Positions 9,641 through 19,498 of a stretch of 64,000 nucleotides of DNA are shown piece by piece. This DNA comes from Candidatus Parcubacteria bacterium (lineage in GTDB: Bacteria > Patescibacteriota > Saccharimonadia > UBA4664 > JBIOIQ01), in NCBI GenBank assembly GCA_963718875.1, contig OY970378.1:754433-818432 (forward strand), in the 5' to 3' direction. The notes below the pieces were generated by a model that saw nothing but the letters and a program-made list of their open reading frames with translations, ran no database searches and was not told where the DNA came from. Positions within the stretch are counted from its first letter, which is position 1; every line of letters starts with the position of its first letter. A program made the position numbers and the translations under genes.

Positions 9641-10414
9641 ATGGCTAAAATAACATCGCAAGATGGAACAATAATCACTTATGACAAAAAGGGTCTTGGA
9701 CCGTTGCTCATTTTGGTGCTTGGAGCGCTGAATAGACGAAGTCAAGGTAAAAAGCTAACTGAACTATTAGCAGACCGTTTCACGGTAGTCAGTTATGACC
9801 GCCGAGGCAAAGGCGATAGTACTGATACATTGCCATACTCTACCGATAAGGAAGTTGAAGACATTGAGGCGCTCATTGATGAGTCTGGTGGGAATGCATA
9901 TTTGTATGGTCACTCTTCAGGCTGCGTACTCGCCTTAATGGCTGCTAAGAAACTGAGCGATAAAGTAAAAGCGTTGGCTCTCTATGAATTACCTTATAAC
10001 GCAGACCATTCAGCTCAAGAAAAGGCTAAAGCCTACCGAAAAGAGCTTGCGGAATATATAGCCGAAGATAAAAGAGGCGAAGCGGTAGCGTTATTCATTA
10101 AGTCGGTAGGTGTATCCGACAAACAAGTGGCAGCAATGGAGCGCTTGCCAATGTGGAAAGGTCTGACTGCAATGGCTCATACCCTTATCTACGACACTGT
10201 TGAACTTATGGAAGCATATCCAACATTGAACAGTGAGAGTATTCCTGTAAGGACTTTAGTAATGTATGGCGATGCTAGCCCTGCTTTCATGGGTGAAACG
10301 GCACAGAAATTGTCTGAAGCAATGCCTAATGCGGCACTTCGTTCGCTTGAGGGTCAAGTACACGACGTAAAAGCCGATGCACTAGCTCCAGTACTAACCG
10401 AATTCTTAGCCTAA
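9641..10414 (+). CDS. alpha/beta-fold hydrolase
   Basis: Nucleophile elbow GHSSG and typical length and topology. Confidence 0.6.
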   Translation: MAKITSQDGTIITYDKKGLGPLLILVLGALNRRSQGKKLTELLADRFTVVSYDRRGKGDSTDTLPYSTDKEVEDIEALIDESGGNAYLYGHSSGCVLALMAAKKLSDKVKALALYELPYNADHSAQEKAKAYRKELAEYIAEDKRGEAVALFIKSVGVSDKQVAAMERLPMWKGLTAMAHTLIYDTVELMEAYPTLNSESIPVRTLVMYGDASPAFMGETAQKLSEAMPNAALRSLEGQVHDVKADALAPVLTEFLA

Positions 10415-10506
10415 GTACAAGCCCGGTTAAAAAATAATAAGTCCCTGTCTTTTTTTGATACTTCAGGAGTATAGGTCTACTATAGGTTTATCGACGAAGG
10501 AGTACT

Positions 10507-11106
10507 ATGAGAAAAATTATTGTCCAAGAATTCGTAACAATTGATGGCGTCATGCAGGCGCCAGGTGGTCTGGAGGAAGATACTACGGATGGATTTTCAT
10601 TCGGTGGTTGGCAAGCCCCATTTATGGACGATGACGCAGCCGAGGCAGTGACTGTACCAGCGCTAAAAGCCGACGTTGAATATTTATTGGGTGGATATAC
10701 CTTTGAGATATGGTCGGATTACTGGCCGAAACATCGCGATATTTGGCCATACATCAATGACAATATGAAATATGTACTTTCTGCGACAAAGACTGATACA
10801 GACTGGCAAAACACCACGTTCTTGCGAAGCGTTGAAGACATTACAAAGTTGAAGAACTCGGATGGTCCTGAACTCCACGTTTGGGGTAGCAGTAAGTTGG
10901 TGCAATTACTTCTTGCAAACGATCTTGTAGACGAACTCTGTCTTATGACCTATCCGATTATTCTTGGTCAAGGAAAAAAACTTTTTAGTGAGGGCGCAGT
11001 ACCCAGAACATTCCATCTCATCGAAAGTCATATAGGTAATAAAGGCGTAGTTGTGGCTCGTTATGCACGTGCGGGAGCAATTGAAACAGGGAATGTCGGT
11101 GAATAA
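10507..11106 (+). CDS. dihydrofolate reductase-like (RibD C-terminal domain family) protein
   Basis: MRKIIVQEFVTIDGVMQAPGG... opening and about 200 aa length characteristic of the DHFR-like deaminase-reductase family. Confidence 0.6.
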   Translation: MRKIIVQEFVTIDGVMQAPGGLEEDTTDGFSFGGWQAPFMDDDAAEAVTVPALKADVEYLLGGYTFEIWSDYWPKHRDIWPYINDNMKYVLSATKTDTDWQNTTFLRSVEDITKLKNSDGPELHVWGSSKLVQLLLANDLVDELCLMTYPIILGQGKKLFSEGAVPRTFHLIESHIGNKGVVVARYARAGAIETGNVGE

Positions 11107-11196
11107 TATCAATAGATCACTTTGCTCTCACATAAGTTACTGAGCGAAATGCTAGGCGCGCCTAGTAACAGACCATCCACAAGCGCATCAAAAAGT

Positions 11197-11478
11197 TTAA
11201 GTAAATTCTGTAAATCTGCACCAAATATCTGAATTATGAGCCGAAAGGCTCTTTTTCTTTGCCTCAACAATGGTTTTAAAGGGGTCGTTTAGTATATAAG
11301 ACAGCTTTTTGTCCTTTAACTCAATGTTTGAAAGTACGTATTCTAAAAGTTTCTGTCTTAGCCCCTCATCGCTCTCTTTAAACAGCTGGTCAGCCCGTTG
11401 AGCTAAGTCTAACAGGTAAGAAGCGGTTACTTGGAACTGCTTATTGTCGTTTGTTAGCAACTTTAGGCGGTCATTCAA
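11197..11478 (-). CDS. hypothetical coiled-coil protein
   Basis: 93-aa track ORF, divergent from csoR; no motif recognised. Confidence 0.35.
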   Translation of the reverse strand: MNDRLKLLTNDNKQFQVTASYLLDLAQRADQLFKESDEGLRQKLLEYVLSNIELKDKKLSYILNDPFKTIVEAKKKSLSAHNSDIWCRFTEFT

Positions 11479-11561
11479 TTCCTGCTGTTTCTTTTCTAGC
11501 TCAGTTGCAATTTCATCGTGGAATGTCTGTGCAATCCCCCTATCAACACCCTATTTGCATA

Positions 11562-11578
11562 GTACCCCTAGGGGGTAT
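11562..11578. promoter_or_regulatory. GC-palindrome operator candidate (CsoR-type box) upstream of csoR
   Basis: GTACCCCTAGGGGGTAT lies 13 nt upstream of the csoR ATG. CsoR operators in characterised systems are TA-flanked C-tract/G-tract palindromes. Confidence 0.45.
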
Positions 11579-11590
11579 ATAGTAGAGGCT

Positions 11591-11875
11591 ATGATAAGCG
11601 ATATAAAGCAACGAGCATTACACCGAGCCAAGATACTTGAGGGTCAAATGCGTGGCATCCAGAAAATGATTGACCAAGAGGATTACTGTATGGATATTCT
11701 TACTCAAAGCCTGGCAATCCAAAAATCTATTGGTTCGCTCAATAAGCTAATTCTTGAGAACCACGTGCGTACCCACGTCAAGGAAAGCCTCAATTCGGGC
11801 TCGGACAAAGAACAGGAAAAGTCAATTGATGAGCTACTGAAACTATACGAGCTATCTAATATAAGAAGTAAGTAA
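11591..11875 (+). CDS. csoR: CsoR/RcnR family metal-sensing transcriptional repressor
   Basis: Internal start MISDIKQRALHRAKILEGQMRGIQKMIDQEDYCMDILTQSLAIQKSIGSL, the DUF156 signature with the conserved Cys. The track ORF's N-terminal 49 aa are Cys/Phe-rich junk. Confidence 0.75.
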   Translation: MISDIKQRALHRAKILEGQMRGIQKMIDQEDYCMDILTQSLAIQKSIGSLNKLILENHVRTHVKESLNSGSDKEQEKSIDELLKLYELSNIRSK

Positions 11876-11883
11876 GGAGTAAA

Positions 11884-12321
11884 GTGATGAAAAAGGAAAG
11901 CATAATGGGAGGCGTAATCGGGCTACTTGTAGGTGTGATAATTACTGGATTTGCCGCAGGTCAAGCAGTGAATAACGACAATACGAGGATGATGCAGATG
12001 ATGGGTATGGACACGAAAAGAAGCCAGCAGCAAACTGCTACGAGCCACGACACTATGTCGATGGCCGATATGAACAAGGTGCTGGCGGGTAAAACTGACG
12101 ATGACTTTGATAAAGCATTCCTTGAAATGATGATTACACATCATCAGGGTGCAATTGATATGGCTAATCTCGCTCCTACACGTGCCAAACACGAAGAAAT
12201 AAAGACATTGAGCCAAGAAATTATAAAAGCTCAGAATAAAGAAATAACAGATATGCAACAGTGGCAGATGGACTGGGGTTATATGACGAGTGATAACTCA
12301 ATGCCAGGTATGAACCACTAA
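11884..12321 (+). CDS. DUF305 family protein (copper-resistance-associated, secreted or membrane-anchored)
   Basis: Met-rich N-terminal region and a DUF305 helix with HHQGAI motif. Confidence 0.7.
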   Translation: MMKKESIMGGVIGLLVGVIITGFAAGQAVNNDNTRMMQMMGMDTKRSQQQTATSHDTMSMADMNKVLAGKTDDDFDKAFLEMMITHHQGAIDMANLAPTRAKHEEIKTLSQEIIKAQNKEITDMQQWQMDWGYMTSDNSMPGMNH

Positions 12322-12323
12322 AA

Positions 12324-14336
12324 ATGGACCATTCGCACCACGAACATAAAGACACCGAACATCAAGAACACGATAAACACGCTGGTCATTCAGTAGCAAT
12401 GTTCAAAGATAAGTTCTGGTTGTCGTTGCTGCTTACTATACCTGTGCTTGTATATTCTGAGATGATACAGCACTGGTTCAACTTTACACCGCCTAGTTTC
12501 CTTGGCTATCAGTACGTACCATTTGTATTTAGTTCTATCATTTTCTTTTACGGCGGTTTAGTGTTTATAAAGAGTGCGTTAGGAGAACTAAGAGCCAAGC
12601 TACCAGGAATGATGACGCTCATCAGCTTGGCAATTATAACTGCATATGTTTACAGTGTCGCAACACAGTTTTTTATTAAGGGCGATGGTTTCTTCTGGGA
12701 ACTAGCTACCCTAGTAACCATTATGCTACTAGGTCATTGGCTTGAAATGGCATCGGTAGCTAAAGCAGAGAATGCACTTGACGCTATCTCAAAGCTGTTA
12801 CCTGATAAAGCCGAAAGGCTCGTAAAAGGCAAGGCAATACAGGTGTTAGTTAGTGAGCTGAAAGTTGGCGACCTAGTGCTGATACGACCTGGCGCAAGTA
12901 TACCCGTTGATGGCGTGATTGTAGAGGGCAGTTCATCTGTTGATGAAGCTGCTATCACTGGCGAGAGTAAGCCCGTAAGTAAAACCGTCAACGATGAAGT
13001 TGTTGCTGGTACAGGTAACCAAGACGGCTCGTTGACCGCAAAAGTTACAAAGCTAGGTCAAGATACGGCACTAGCTGGCATTATGCGTCTGGTCGCAGAA
13101 GCTCAAAAATCCAAATCTAACGTTCAGGTGCTTGCGGATAAAGCAGCGTTTGCACTTACTATCATCGCAATAGCAACAAGTATTATCACTTTTATCTATT
13201 GGCTCATTGCCAAAGACGCATCGTTCGCATTAGAGCGGTCAGTTACTGTTCTAATTATCGCTTGCCCACACGCACTAGGCTTGGCTATACCGCTGGTTGT
13301 TTCAATATCAACCGCCCTATCTGCTCGTAATGGTTTGTTAGTTCGCAATCGACTTGCTCTTGAAGCGGCTCGTAAGTTGGACTGGGTACTGTTTGATAAG
13401 ACAGGCACACTCACCAAAGGCGAACACGGCGTTACAGATGTGTGGGCTACAAAAGGCTATTCCGAGGAATACATACTACAGCTCACTGCCAGCCTTGAGC
13501 AAAATAGCGAGCATATTGTAGGTAAAGGCATTGTGCGAAAAGCCGAGAAGCAGCACGTCCATCTTGATAAAGTCGCTAACTTCAAAGCGTTGCCTGGCTT
13601 GGGCGTACAAGGCACTTTACACGGCAACGAGGTGTATATAGCAGCCAGCTATCGCTATATTGAAGAAAACAAGCTGACAGTTCCAACCGAAATAGCAAAG
13701 ATGGTCAAGCAAGCTGCCAAAGAAGGTAAGACAGAGGTGTATCTGATTATCAATAAAAAGGTTGTCGGTGCATTGGGCTTAGCTGACATAGTTCGTGAAC
13801 AATCCAAGCAGACAATCGTAACCCTCAAATCAATGGACATAAAGACAGCAATGATAACAGGTGACTCGGATGAGGTTGCAACTTACGTTTCAGAACAGCT
13901 TGGCTTGGACCAGTATTTTGCTGAGGTTAGACCAGAAGACAAAGCAGCAAAAGTCAAAGAATTGCAGAAAAACGGACAGCAGGTTGCGATGGTTGGCGAC
14001 GGCATCAATGATGCACCTGCGCTTACACAAGCCGATATTGGCATAGCTATTGGTGCTGGCACAGATGTAGCAATCAAGTCGGCTGATATTGTCTTGGTAA
14101 AAAGTGACCCTCAAGACGTGGTAAAGGTAATCAATCTTTCAAAAGCTACCTATAAGAAAATGGCTCAGAACCTAGTTTGGGCTACTGGCTATAACGTGTT
14201 TGCAATACCGCTTGCAGCTGGCGTTCTTTACGGGGCTAACATTGTTCTTGCTCCTGCACTCGGAGCTGTGCTTATGTCAGTCTCAACTGTTGTAGTGGCG
14301 TTCAACGCTCAGTTGCTCAGACGAGTAAAGCTGTAA
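12324..14336 (+). CDS. heavy-metal (copper) translocating P1B-type ATPase with His-rich N-terminus
   Basis: CPH transmembrane motif ([11 protein letters not shown]), DKTGTLT phosphorylation motif, GDGINDAP hinge, N-terminal [23 protein letters not shown]. Confidence 0.85.
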   Translation: MDHSHHEHKDTEHQEHDKHAGHSVAMFKDKFWLSLLLTIPVLVYSEMIQHWFNFTPPSFLGYQYVPFVFSSIIFFYGGLVFIKSALGELRAKLPGMMTLISLAIITAYVYSVATQFFIKGDGFFWELATLVTIMLLGHWLEMASVAKAENALDAISKLLPDKAERLVKGKAIQVLVSELKVGDLVLIRPGASIPVDGVIVEGSSSVDEAAITGESKPVSKTVNDEVVAGTGNQDGSLTAKVTKLGQDTALAGIMRLVAEAQKSKSNVQVLADKAAFALTIIAIATSIITFIYWLIAKDASFALERSVTVLIIACPHALGLAIPLVVSISTALSARNGLLVRNRLALEAARKLDWVLFDKTGTLTKGEHGVTDVWATKGYSEEYILQLTASLEQNSEHIVGKGIVRKAEKQHVHLDKVANFKALPGLGVQGTLHGNEVYIAASYRYIEENKLTVPTEIAKMVKQAAKEGKTEVYLIINKKVVGALGLADIVREQSKQTIVTLKSMDIKTAMITGDSDEVATYVSEQLGLDQYFAEVRPEDKAAKVKELQKNGQQVAMVGDGINDAPALTQADIGIAIGAGTDVAIKSADIVLVKSDPQDVVKVINLSKATYKKMAQNLVWATGYNVFAIPLAAGVLYGANIVLAPALGAVLMSVSTVVVAFNAQLLRRVKL

Positions 14337-14463
14337 ATGCAGCTGGAATTGTTCAACGAGATGTTTTAACTTATAATCCTCTTGAGCGGTAATAGCGGAT
14401 GTTTGAAATGCGTCAACTATGCTGCACCGTTAGAGAAGTGTTTTTTTGTAAAGAAGATAAAGT

Positions 14464-15153
14464 ATGACCACAGAGCGTAATTCAACACAGAGCCCCAAAA
14501 GTAATGCCGCCAGTAATTCAGTTCGTACGCAGATACTGGCAACCGAACACTGGAGCCTTCTTGCAACACGTGGAATGACGTGGTCTGAGGTCATGAGTCG
14601 TATCACAATCCATCTCTCAATTATCTCTGCGTCATTGGTGGTACTTGCGTTAATTGCGCAAGTGTCTGGATTTGGCATTCCTTTTCGGATATTAGCTATA
14701 GGTTTAACAGTGGCAATATTAATTCTGGGGACACTAACGGGTGTTAGGGTTAAAAACGCCAGTATTGATGATACTTTTATGTTGCAGGGCATGAATCGAC
14801 TAAGGGCAGCATATATAGAGATGAATCCAGAAATTAAAAAGTATTTAGTTACGGAATACCACGATGACATGGCAGGTATTATGCAGTCATATCTTATGGG
14901 GGCTAGGCGTTCATTGCCCAGCCACATACTTGGTAGCACCAATATGTATATGCATATAGTTAATGCTCTTGTAGCTGGTACCTTAGGCGCTTTAGTTACA
15001 AATACGGCAGGTGAAGGTCCGTTGATTACAACTTTTATAGGATTGCTGACTGGAATTCTTTGTCTGCTTTGCTGGCTAGAAGTAGATCGAAGGTCGTTCC
15101 GTGCTGAGAAAATTACTGCTAACTTTCCAACCTCTAACTCTTCCCACAAATAA
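14464..15153 (+). CDS. hypothetical membrane protein
   Basis: 229 aa with several TM helices, co-directional with the ATPase. The fully overlapping antisense ORF 14430..15179 was judged less plausible. Confidence 0.45.
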   Translation: MTTERNSTQSPKSNAASNSVRTQILATEHWSLLATRGMTWSEVMSRITIHLSIISASLVVLALIAQVSGFGIPFRILAIGLTVAILILGTLTGVRVKNASIDDTFMLQGMNRLRAAYIEMNPEIKKYLVTEYHDDMAGIMQSYLMGARRSLPSHILGSTNMYMHIVNALVAGTLGALVTNTAGEGPLITTFIGLLTGILCLLCWLEVDRRSFRAEKITANFPTSNSSHK

Positions 15154-15271
15154 AAATAACGAACTCCCACAATTACCATAATATTTTAAGCCTGGTTGTT
15201 TTCTTCTTTTATTGAGCGATGACTTTCCGCGACCTGCTGTACTATATCTGGAATACCAGAAGAACAATTTA

Positions 15272-15293
15272 ACCCCCATGGGGGTGTTTTTTG
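15272..15293 (+). terminator. rho-independent terminator
   Basis: ACCCCCATGGGGGT hairpin followed by TTTTTTGTTTG. Confidence 0.6.
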
Positions 15294-15364
15294 TTTGAAA
15301 AATTGATTTTTATGACATTAAATGGTACTATAGTATTCTACCGATACGGAAGGAGGTGGTCCAG

Positions 15365-15718
15365 ATGGCCACCGATGTACAAGAAGAACTCAAGACGTTC
15401 GAGTTCAACTCTCACAACGTCAAGCAGGGCGACCGTTTCCACCTCGACCACGACGGCGGGCAAATAGTTATCGTCATCACTGACACGGAGTACAACGGAC
15501 GCAGCCACAACAGTCGCGACATCATTGGCATCGCCGCCGACCGCCAGGGCGAGTGGTGCGGACCCTGGGGTCGCATCATCTTCTACCACCCGATCGAGCT
15601 CGGAAAGGAGACAGACGCCACGTTCAACCAGCGTGGCGTCCACATTAAGCGACTCGAGGTGGTCCCTACCCAACTGGTCCGCGTACGCGACGGGAAACAC
15701 GAGCAGCTGCTCGGCTAG
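15365..15718 (+). CDS. hypothetical protein encoded in a high-GC island, driven by an AT-rich promoter
   Basis: GGAGGAGG RBS 7 nt before ATG; upstream TTGATT-N17-TATAGT; ORF visibly GC-rich; downstream 13-bp-stem terminator (GAGGCCCGCAGAA...TTCTGCGGGCCTC + TTTCTTG). Confidence 0.5.
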   Translation: MATDVQEELKTFEFNSHNVKQGDRFHLDHDGGQIVIVITDTEYNGRSHNSRDIIGIAADRQGEWCGPWGRIIFYHPIELGKETDATFNQRGVHIKRLEVVPTQLVRVRDGKHEQLLG

Positions 15719-15916
15719 TCGACAACGACAGACCGTTAGCGAGGCCCGCAGAAAGAGACCGCAGGAGTAGCCTCCTGTTTAGGCTCCTTCTGCGGGCCTC
15801 TTTCTTGTAATGTAAGTCCCACTTCCTTCGGCGTCCTTTCTGATTGCCTGTCACCTGCAAGGGATACTTAGGTGTTAAAATTAGTTAAGATAAACTTAAG
15901 GAAAAGGAGTATGAGG

Positions 15917-16297
15917 ATGGCTAAGTATGTTGATGGATTTGTACTTGTAGTGCCCAAAGGAAAAGAAGCCGAATACCAAAAAATGGCAGAAATGGGACGT
16001 GATTCCTGGATCAAGCACGGTGCGCTTCAATACTTTGAGTGCAGAGGGGATGACCTTAAGCAGCAGGAAATGGGTGACGAAAAATCACGAGATTTTGCCG
16101 AAATGGCTAATGCAAGTGGCGATGAAAATGTCTGGTTTTCGTTTATTGTGTTCAACTCCAAAGAACACCGTAATGAAGTAAACAAAAAAGTTATGGATGA
16201 AATGAATGAAAAAGCTGAAGCACAACCTGATTTTTCAATGCCAGTTGATATGAAGAAGATGGCATATGGAGGGTTTGCGGTAGCAGTTGAAGGATAA
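15917..16297 (+). CDS. DUF1428 family protein
   Basis: MAKYVDGFVLVVPKGKEAEYQKMAEM... matches the DUF1428 N-terminus; AAAGGAG RBS upstream of the internal ATG. Confidence 0.6.
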   Translation: MAKYVDGFVLVVPKGKEAEYQKMAEMGRDSWIKHGALQYFECRGDDLKQQEMGDEKSRDFAEMANASGDENVWFSFIVFNSKEHRNEVNKKVMDEMNEKAEAQPDFSMPVDMKKMAYGGFAVAVEG

Positions 16298-16424
16298 GTC
16301 GAAGATTACGTTGCTCACTTGACGAGCAGACCGCAAAAGACAGTCATGCCGCAGAAACCAAGATTCGCAGAATCGAAAAAATTATAAGCCAGGTGTAAGC
16401 TCAATTTCGATTATCCAGCTAAAG

Positions 16425-16697
16425 CTATTTGTTTGGGTGGTCTTTTGCCCAGGCAACAATCTTGTTATCGCCACTAATTGCTGACCCGTCATCCAGGAGC
16501 AAAACCGGAACATAGTATGAGCCTGTTAACGCGAACACTTCTCTTCGGACTTTGAGCTGTAGAAACTTTGGCAGATGCTCTTGTCCCCTGGCTTTTTGTA
16601 TCTCGGGGTCATAGTTGACTTCCTTTAACGCTCGGTAAGCTTTGGTACAAGGATGATGGTCGCTTCCACCATTACTCCAGCAAATATATAATTTCAT
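16425..16697 (-). CDS. thioredoxin-fold protein (glutaredoxin-like / GST N-terminal-like)
   Basis: 90 aa, MKLYICWSNGGSDHHPCTKAYRAL... pattern of a Grx-like fold without a CxxC pair. Confidence 0.45.
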   Translation of the reverse strand: MKLYICWSNGGSDHHPCTKAYRALKEVNYDPEIQKARGQEHLPKFLQLKVRREVFALTGSYYVPVLLLDDGSAISGDNKIVAWAKDHPNK

Positions 16698-16817
16698 AAG
16701 TTGTATTATACAATAGGTCGCTAGGTTTTTACCGTTCTCGCATTAGCTCTAGCGAGATGCGTTTACCTGCTCATAAAAAATGCTACTTTATATAATTACC
16801 TTGACAGTCATAGTAAT

Positions 16818-17162
16818 ATGACATACGTTATAACCATGCTTAAAAAAATATCATCGGATTTACTTCGTGGCCACACAGACAGCATCATCCTTAAACTTTT
16901 GTTGGATGGCGATAAGTATGGTTACGAAATTACAAAACTCGTTCACGAGCATTCGAATAAACTTTATGAGCTAAAAGAAGCAACTATGTATTCGAGTTTG
17001 AAGCGGCTAGAGAATGACGCCCGCATCACGTCTTACTGGGGAAACGAAACGCAAGGCGGTAGGCGCAAGTATTATCGTGTCACTGAAAGGGGCCTGGAAT
17101 TGTACAAAGACAACAAGCAAAACTGGGATTACGCGAAGCAGATCTTAAATGAATTATTATAA
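16818..17162 (+). CDS. PadR family transcriptional regulator
   Basis: PadR winged-helix signature (LLRGHTDSIILKLLLDGDKYGYEITKLV...YSSLKRLE). Confidence 0.75.
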   Translation: MTYVITMLKKISSDLLRGHTDSIILKLLLDGDKYGYEITKLVHEHSNKLYELKEATMYSSLKRLENDARITSYWGNETQGGRRKYYRVTERGLELYKDNKQNWDYAKQILNELL

Positions 17163-17174
17163 GAAGGGGAAATA

Positions 17175-17954
17175 ATGGAAAAAAAATTACAGACATTCAT
17201 CAGCGAGGCTTTTGCTCCATATGGAGAGTTTCCGGCGCGAGCTGACGTTTCACAAGAGTTGCTCGCTAATTTGCAGGAAAAATTTAATGATCTAAAAAAG
17301 CAAGGCAAGACTGATGAAGCGGCATACCAGGCCACCATTGATTCGTTTGGCGATATTGCCGAAATCATGGAGCATATCCCGCACAACGAGCCAGCCAGCG
17401 AGGCAAAGGCGAATACCAAGTTGAGGGGCTCAGCTCTCAAGCAGGCTGATCTTGCTGGAGCAAACCTCTCTGCAACCGATCTGAGCGCAAGTGATATGTC
17501 GGGAGCTAACTTTGATGGGGCGAACTTAGCCAAAACCCAGCTTAGAGCTTCGGCGCTACAAGGTTCGAGCTTTATTGATGCAACCCTAACAGGAGCTATT
17601 TTTAACAGTAGCGATCTGCGTAATGTGTGCTTCGACAGAGCTGACCTTACTGGAGCTGTTCTCAAAGCCTCGGGCTTAAGGGGTGCAACATTTGAGGGCG
17701 CAACTTTAGTGCGAACAGATTTTAGCCGCTCAGACTTAACCGAAGTTTCTTTTGACGGTCAGGTTCTTGAAGAGGTACTGTTTGATAGTGCTTCACTCAA
17801 GAAAACATCGTTTAAAGGTGCAACTCTTCGCAATGTATCATTCCATCACACAGCTGTTAAACATGCAATATTCGATGGGACAGCGATGGACAAAGTGACC
17901 TTTGCCATTTTGAAGGGAGCTAAAGCTGTGCTGGACAATGTTGTTGTTTCATAA
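17175..17954 (+). CDS. pentapeptide-repeat protein with N-terminal PadR-associated helical domain
   Basis: Long run of A(D/N)LxG-type pentapeptide repeats (ADLAGANLSATDLSASDMSGANFDGANLAKTQL...). Confidence 0.7.
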   Translation: MEKKLQTFISEAFAPYGEFPARADVSQELLANLQEKFNDLKKQGKTDEAAYQATIDSFGDIAEIMEHIPHNEPASEAKANTKLRGSALKQADLAGANLSATDLSASDMSGANFDGANLAKTQLRASALQGSSFIDATLTGAIFNSSDLRNVCFDRADLTGAVLKASGLRGATFEGATLVRTDFSRSDLTEVSFDGQVLEEVLFDSASLKKTSFKGATLRNVSFHHTAVKHAIFDGTAMDKVTFAILKGAKAVLDNVVVS

Positions 17955-18180
17955 GGTACTCTCACATATTTTTTTGAAGAATAGGTTTTCTTTGTAAGGT
18001 GTTATAAATATTGACCTCCAACGAGCTAAGCTGCCTGCTGATGAGGTGAAGTGGGATTTGAGGGACTTTGTTACCATCGGATTTTCCTGATAGCCAGTGT
18101 TGCAAAGAACTTGATGCCCCCTCCTCTAGACCCGGCGGTCTGAAAGAGGGGGCATCTTAGGTTGTAAGCTACTGTTAGAG

Positions 18181-19119
18181 CTACCCCTGGTCAAGGCCTC
18201 CGTCAAAGCGGCTTCTATCGACTGACGGATCGTTGGCGGATACCACCGCTTGAACGCCCGTATCCGGTGTGCCGCCGGGAGGCGGTGGAGCATCGAGGGC
18301 GAACTCTGCCGGCGTCGGTATAGGAGGCCTTGGGTGTCGACCGATGCCTTCAATTGCCTTTTCGACCGTCCTATTGGCAGCCTCCGTGAACCTTGCAAGC
18401 TGACGCTCAAGCGCACCGTACCGCGCCTCACTCAGATCGAGTTGCTCACGCAGATCGGCGTTGATTCGCTCCTGCGCCGACAGGTCTTCCAGTGCTTGGC
18501 CATGAGTCTGCACCAGCTCCCGGACCCTTGCCAAGAGAATTTGCAACTGACCTTCTCGAGCCGCCAGGTCAGACGCGATCGACTCGACCATCTCTAGGAG
18601 ATCGGCGACGGTGGGCTGGGGGTTGGGTACATCTACGTCTTCCCGTCCCTGTTCTACGATCGCTGGCGAGTGGGCACGAACTTCCTGGAGGACTGCTCTC
18701 CTGATGTCCGCAAGCTCTACCCCTAGCTTGACCAGAACTTGGCATCCTACTGCATCTTCGTCTCTGAGTAGGCCGAGCAGGATGTGCGCTGGGGTTATGA
18801 CCTCACTCTCGCTCGGCCCTTGAGGCGGCACTAGAAGAGCTTCACGTACCGACAGCTCGAGAACCTTTTTGGCTCGAGGAGTAAAAGGAATGCGGCCGCT
18901 AGGCGATGATTCTCCCAGACCAATGTCCTCCTCTACTTGCTTTCGGACGCATCCGAGAGTAACCCCGAGTCCGTCGAGGACACTGGCCGCGTCTCCTCCT
19001 TCTCGGATCAAGCCGAGCAGGATGTGCTCGGAACCGATGTAGCTGTGGTGGAGCTGGCGCGCCTCCTCCTGAGCCAAGACGACGACACGTCGGGCACGTT
19101 CGGTGAATCGTTCGTACAT
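18181..19119 (-). CDS. Clp N-terminal (Clp_N repeat) domain protein with coiled-coil and Pro-rich C-terminus; high-GC island gene
   Basis: Two Clp_N repeats (FTERARRVVVLAQEEARQLHHSYIGSEHILLGLIRE... and ...ITPAHILLGLLRDED), no AAA+ domain; strongly GC-rich codons. Confidence 0.65.
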   Translation of the reverse strand: MYERFTERARRVVVLAQEEARQLHHSYIGSEHILLGLIREGGDAASVLDGLGVTLGCVRKQVEEDIGLGESSPSGRIPFTPRAKKVLELSVREALLVPPQGPSESEVITPAHILLGLLRDEDAVGCQVLVKLGVELADIRRAVLQEVRAHSPAIVEQGREDVDVPNPQPTVADLLEMVESIASDLAAREGQLQILLARVRELVQTHGQALEDLSAQERINADLREQLDLSEARYGALERQLARFTEAANRTVEKAIEGIGRHPRPPIPTPAEFALDAPPPPGGTPDTGVQAVVSANDPSVDRSRFDGGLDQG

Positions 19120-19498
19120 TTTCGGTCCCCCTTAGGGATCGGTGCTACTCGGTTGGGATGGTACTCGCAAAAGCTGTATGAGGCTGGTTTGACCTCACAA
19201 AAAACGCCAATATATTTTACTGCTTTTGGGCGTTTGTGTCAAAAATAATTGTTTGTGAATCTTGAAACCCCTTAAACTTTTTGTCATCCTCCGACTTGAT
19301 CGGAGGATCTCGGCTAGATTCCCTACCCGGAGCGCCAAGCCAGGTAATAGTTGGGCTTGGCTTTCCGATAGGGAATGACACAAAATGGTGTGTTGATAAT
19401 TGCATTTGCCCTGTCTGCCGAGCCACTTTGAGAGTGACCCGGCAGACAGCATTGGACGATGGACTTCACTACTTGGTTTGCTTGGACTGATGAGGGGG

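Noticed and set aside
14430-15179. 249-aa minus-strand ORF fully antisense to the 229-aa plus-strand membrane protein
   Set aside because: Both are similar in length. The plus-strand product has regular TM helices and follows the ATPase in an operon-like orientation. The antisense translation is compositionally odd. Unresolved but the plus strand is preferred.
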